A stretch of 64,000 bases of DNA from Candidatus Krumholzibacteriia bacterium (lineage in GTDB: Bacteria; Krumholzibacteriota; Krumholzibacteriia; LZORAL124-64-63), in the NCBI GenBank assembly GCA_046484865.1, contig JAWOID010000071.1, forward strand, positions 1 to 64,000, in the 5' to 3' direction. A program made the position numbers and the translations under genes. Shown one piece after another: positions 62,503 through 64,000 of the stretch (position 1 is the stretch's first letter; the number at the start of each line of letters is the position of its first letter). The notes beneath the pieces were generated by a model. It was not told the origin of the DNA. It worked only from the letters and a program-made list of their open reading frames with translations, and ran no database searches.

Positions 62503-63852
62503 TCAGCCCGCCGCCGCCCGATCCCGCACCCGGTAGCAGATCACCTGCATGGGCTCCGGCTCCACGCCGTCATCCTCGCCCCCGGCGCCGCCGAAACCGC
62601 TCAGCATCGCATCGCGGTAGCCGGTGATGCGGAAGACCAGGTCCGACCGGGCGAAGAGCAGGCCGTCCTGGCGCGGATCCCCCTCGCAGCGCACCAGCAC
62701 CTGCTCCGCGAACCGGCCGTCGGGAGTGAAGACGTCGTAGCGGGTGAACACCCCCGGCGCCGGCTCCCAGAGGGCCCGGCTGGTCTGGACCCAGATGCGG
62801 CCGTGCTCGTCCACCCGGAGCGACGCGATGTCGGGCTCGGTATCCTCGAAGTGGATGGAGGCGTGGGGCGCCTGCCGGTCGCGCAACGTGGTCAGGATGC
62901 GACGCTGGATGTCGCGGGCCTGTTCGTTCCGCAGCCAGGGGCGGTAGTCACGAGTGAACACGCGCCGCAGCTCGCCGCCGGGCGCGTAGACCCGTACCTC
63001 GTAGCCGTTGCGGGCCTCGGCCGTCACGACCTCGCCCCGGGGCCCCACGGCGAAGCGGCGGTCCGGTCCCTCGCCCAGGATTACCTCGTCGTAGCTGAGG
63101 TTGCGGTGATCGATGACCGAGAGCCTCGAAGCGTAGGTCACCTTCCGCTGGCCGGACGTGTCGAAGGTCGCGATGAAGCTCTCGCGGGTGGCGCGCCCGG
63201 CAGCCTGATCGACGTGCTGCTCGGCGCCGCCGAGCACCACGTTCTCGCCGCCGCGCCGCAGCGCGCGGGCCATGTAGAACGCGCCCTGGGCCGGATCGCC
63301 CACGGTGATCGTCCCGGCCGGCGTGCCGTCCCGCGCCAGCCGGACGATCCGGCCGGGGAACATCTGCGTCACCGCCACCGTGCCGTCGGGCAGCAGGCAG
63401 AGATCGGTCGCGTTGCGGAACTCGCCGGGCCCCTCGCCCTCGCGGCCGAGGACAGCCACCAGCTCGCCCTCGGGCGACAGGACCTTGACCTCGCTGAGCT
63501 GGCTGTCCAGCAGGTAGATGGTGTCGCTCTCGTCGACGACCGCCCGCCGGACGGCGCCGAACATGACCTCCTCGTCGTCCCAGCCGCCGCGCCGCCACAA
63601 CTCCTCCAGCTCGAGTGTGCGCACGCCCCCGTCCGGTACGGCACCGTTGCGGACGTGAGGCACGCCGTCGATCACGGCGACCTCGCCGGCATGCGCAGTC
63701 GCGATGACGACGACCGCCGCCGGCAGGATGGCCATGGCGGCGAGGACGGTGGCATTGACGACGGCCGCCATTGAACCGAAGGAGAGGAGGGAACCGAGGG
63801 AGAGGATGGAACCGGCGGAGCCGGCTGCGATGCCGTGGCGATGGATGCGCAC
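62503..63852 (-). CDS. Secreted 6-bladed beta-propeller protein
   Basis: GGGAGG RBS plus GTG at 63852; long signal region; GREGEGPGEF and YDVFTPDG motifs; start uncertain. Confidence 0.75.
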   Translation of the reverse strand: MRIHRHGIAAGSAGSILSLGSLLSFGSMAAVVNATVLAAMAILPAAVVVIATAHAGEVAVIDGVPHVRNGAVPDGGVRTLELEELWRRGGWDDEEVMFGAVRRAVVDESDTIYLLDSQLSEVKVLSPEGELVAVLGREGEGPGEFRNATDLCLLPDGTVAVTQMFPGRIVRLARDGTPAGTITVGDPAQGAFYMARALRRGGENVVLGGAEQHVDQAAGRATRESFIATFDTSGQRKVTYASRLSVIDHRNLSYDEVILGEGPDRRFAVGPRGEVVTAEARNGYEVRVYAPGGELRRVFTRDYRPWLRNEQARDIQRRILTTLRDRQAPHASIHFEDTEPDIASLRVDEHGRIWVQTSRALWEPAPGVFTRYDVFTPDGRFAEQVLVRCEGDPRQDGLLFARSDLVFRITGYRDAMLSGFGGAGGEDDGVEPEPMQVICYRVRDRAAAG

Positions 63853-64000
63853 GCGGAGCCTCCCGGTGGATGGGGACGAGACGCCGCCGTTGCGGCGCCT
63901 CCCCGAGTACGGGGCGGCTCGGTCCAGGTTGCAGGATGTTCGTGGTGTCCGAGCGCACGCGCCCGCGATCTCCCGGGCACTCACCTCACCTCGCCATCAG

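Overview
High-GC (about 70% by eye), gene-dense bacterial chromosome segment with about 46 CDSs. I found no rRNA, tRNA, CRISPR array, integrase or transposase. Two secreted proteins end in a FlgD-Ig/T9SS-CTD-like domain, and there are outer-membrane barrels and LpoB. This suggests a diderm FCB-group lineage such as Latescibacterota/Krumholzibacteriota (inference only). Envelope and transport genes: OM barrel, LpoB plus COG3014 lipoprotein, two ABC-2 exporters (one GldAFG/DUF4340-like), a peptidase-WD40-Omp85 protein, DUF481 and an AEC transporter. Other genes: two purine-type amidohydrolases, secreted S1, C1 and M28 peptidases, class II photolyase plus ybgA, two orphan sensor kinases, cysS, and two aldo/keto reductases. 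A fatty-acid/propionate locus has fadR-mutA-mutB divergent from fadN-fadA-fadE, with readable sigma70 promoters and a FadR-type operator. Most notable: (1) an orphan MotA/ExbB-like gene paired with a MotB-TM/coiled-coil/ExbD-like gene, a putative ion-driven motor with no known partner system nearby; (2) an ~11.8-kb block separating mutB from meaB, bounded by an imperfect ~22-bp direct repeat, with a CTAG-flanked perfect palindrome inside one copy; (3) a nucleotidyltransferase/metallophosphoesterase module inside that block; (4) a CxxC-CxxC zinc-ribbon insertion in CysRS.
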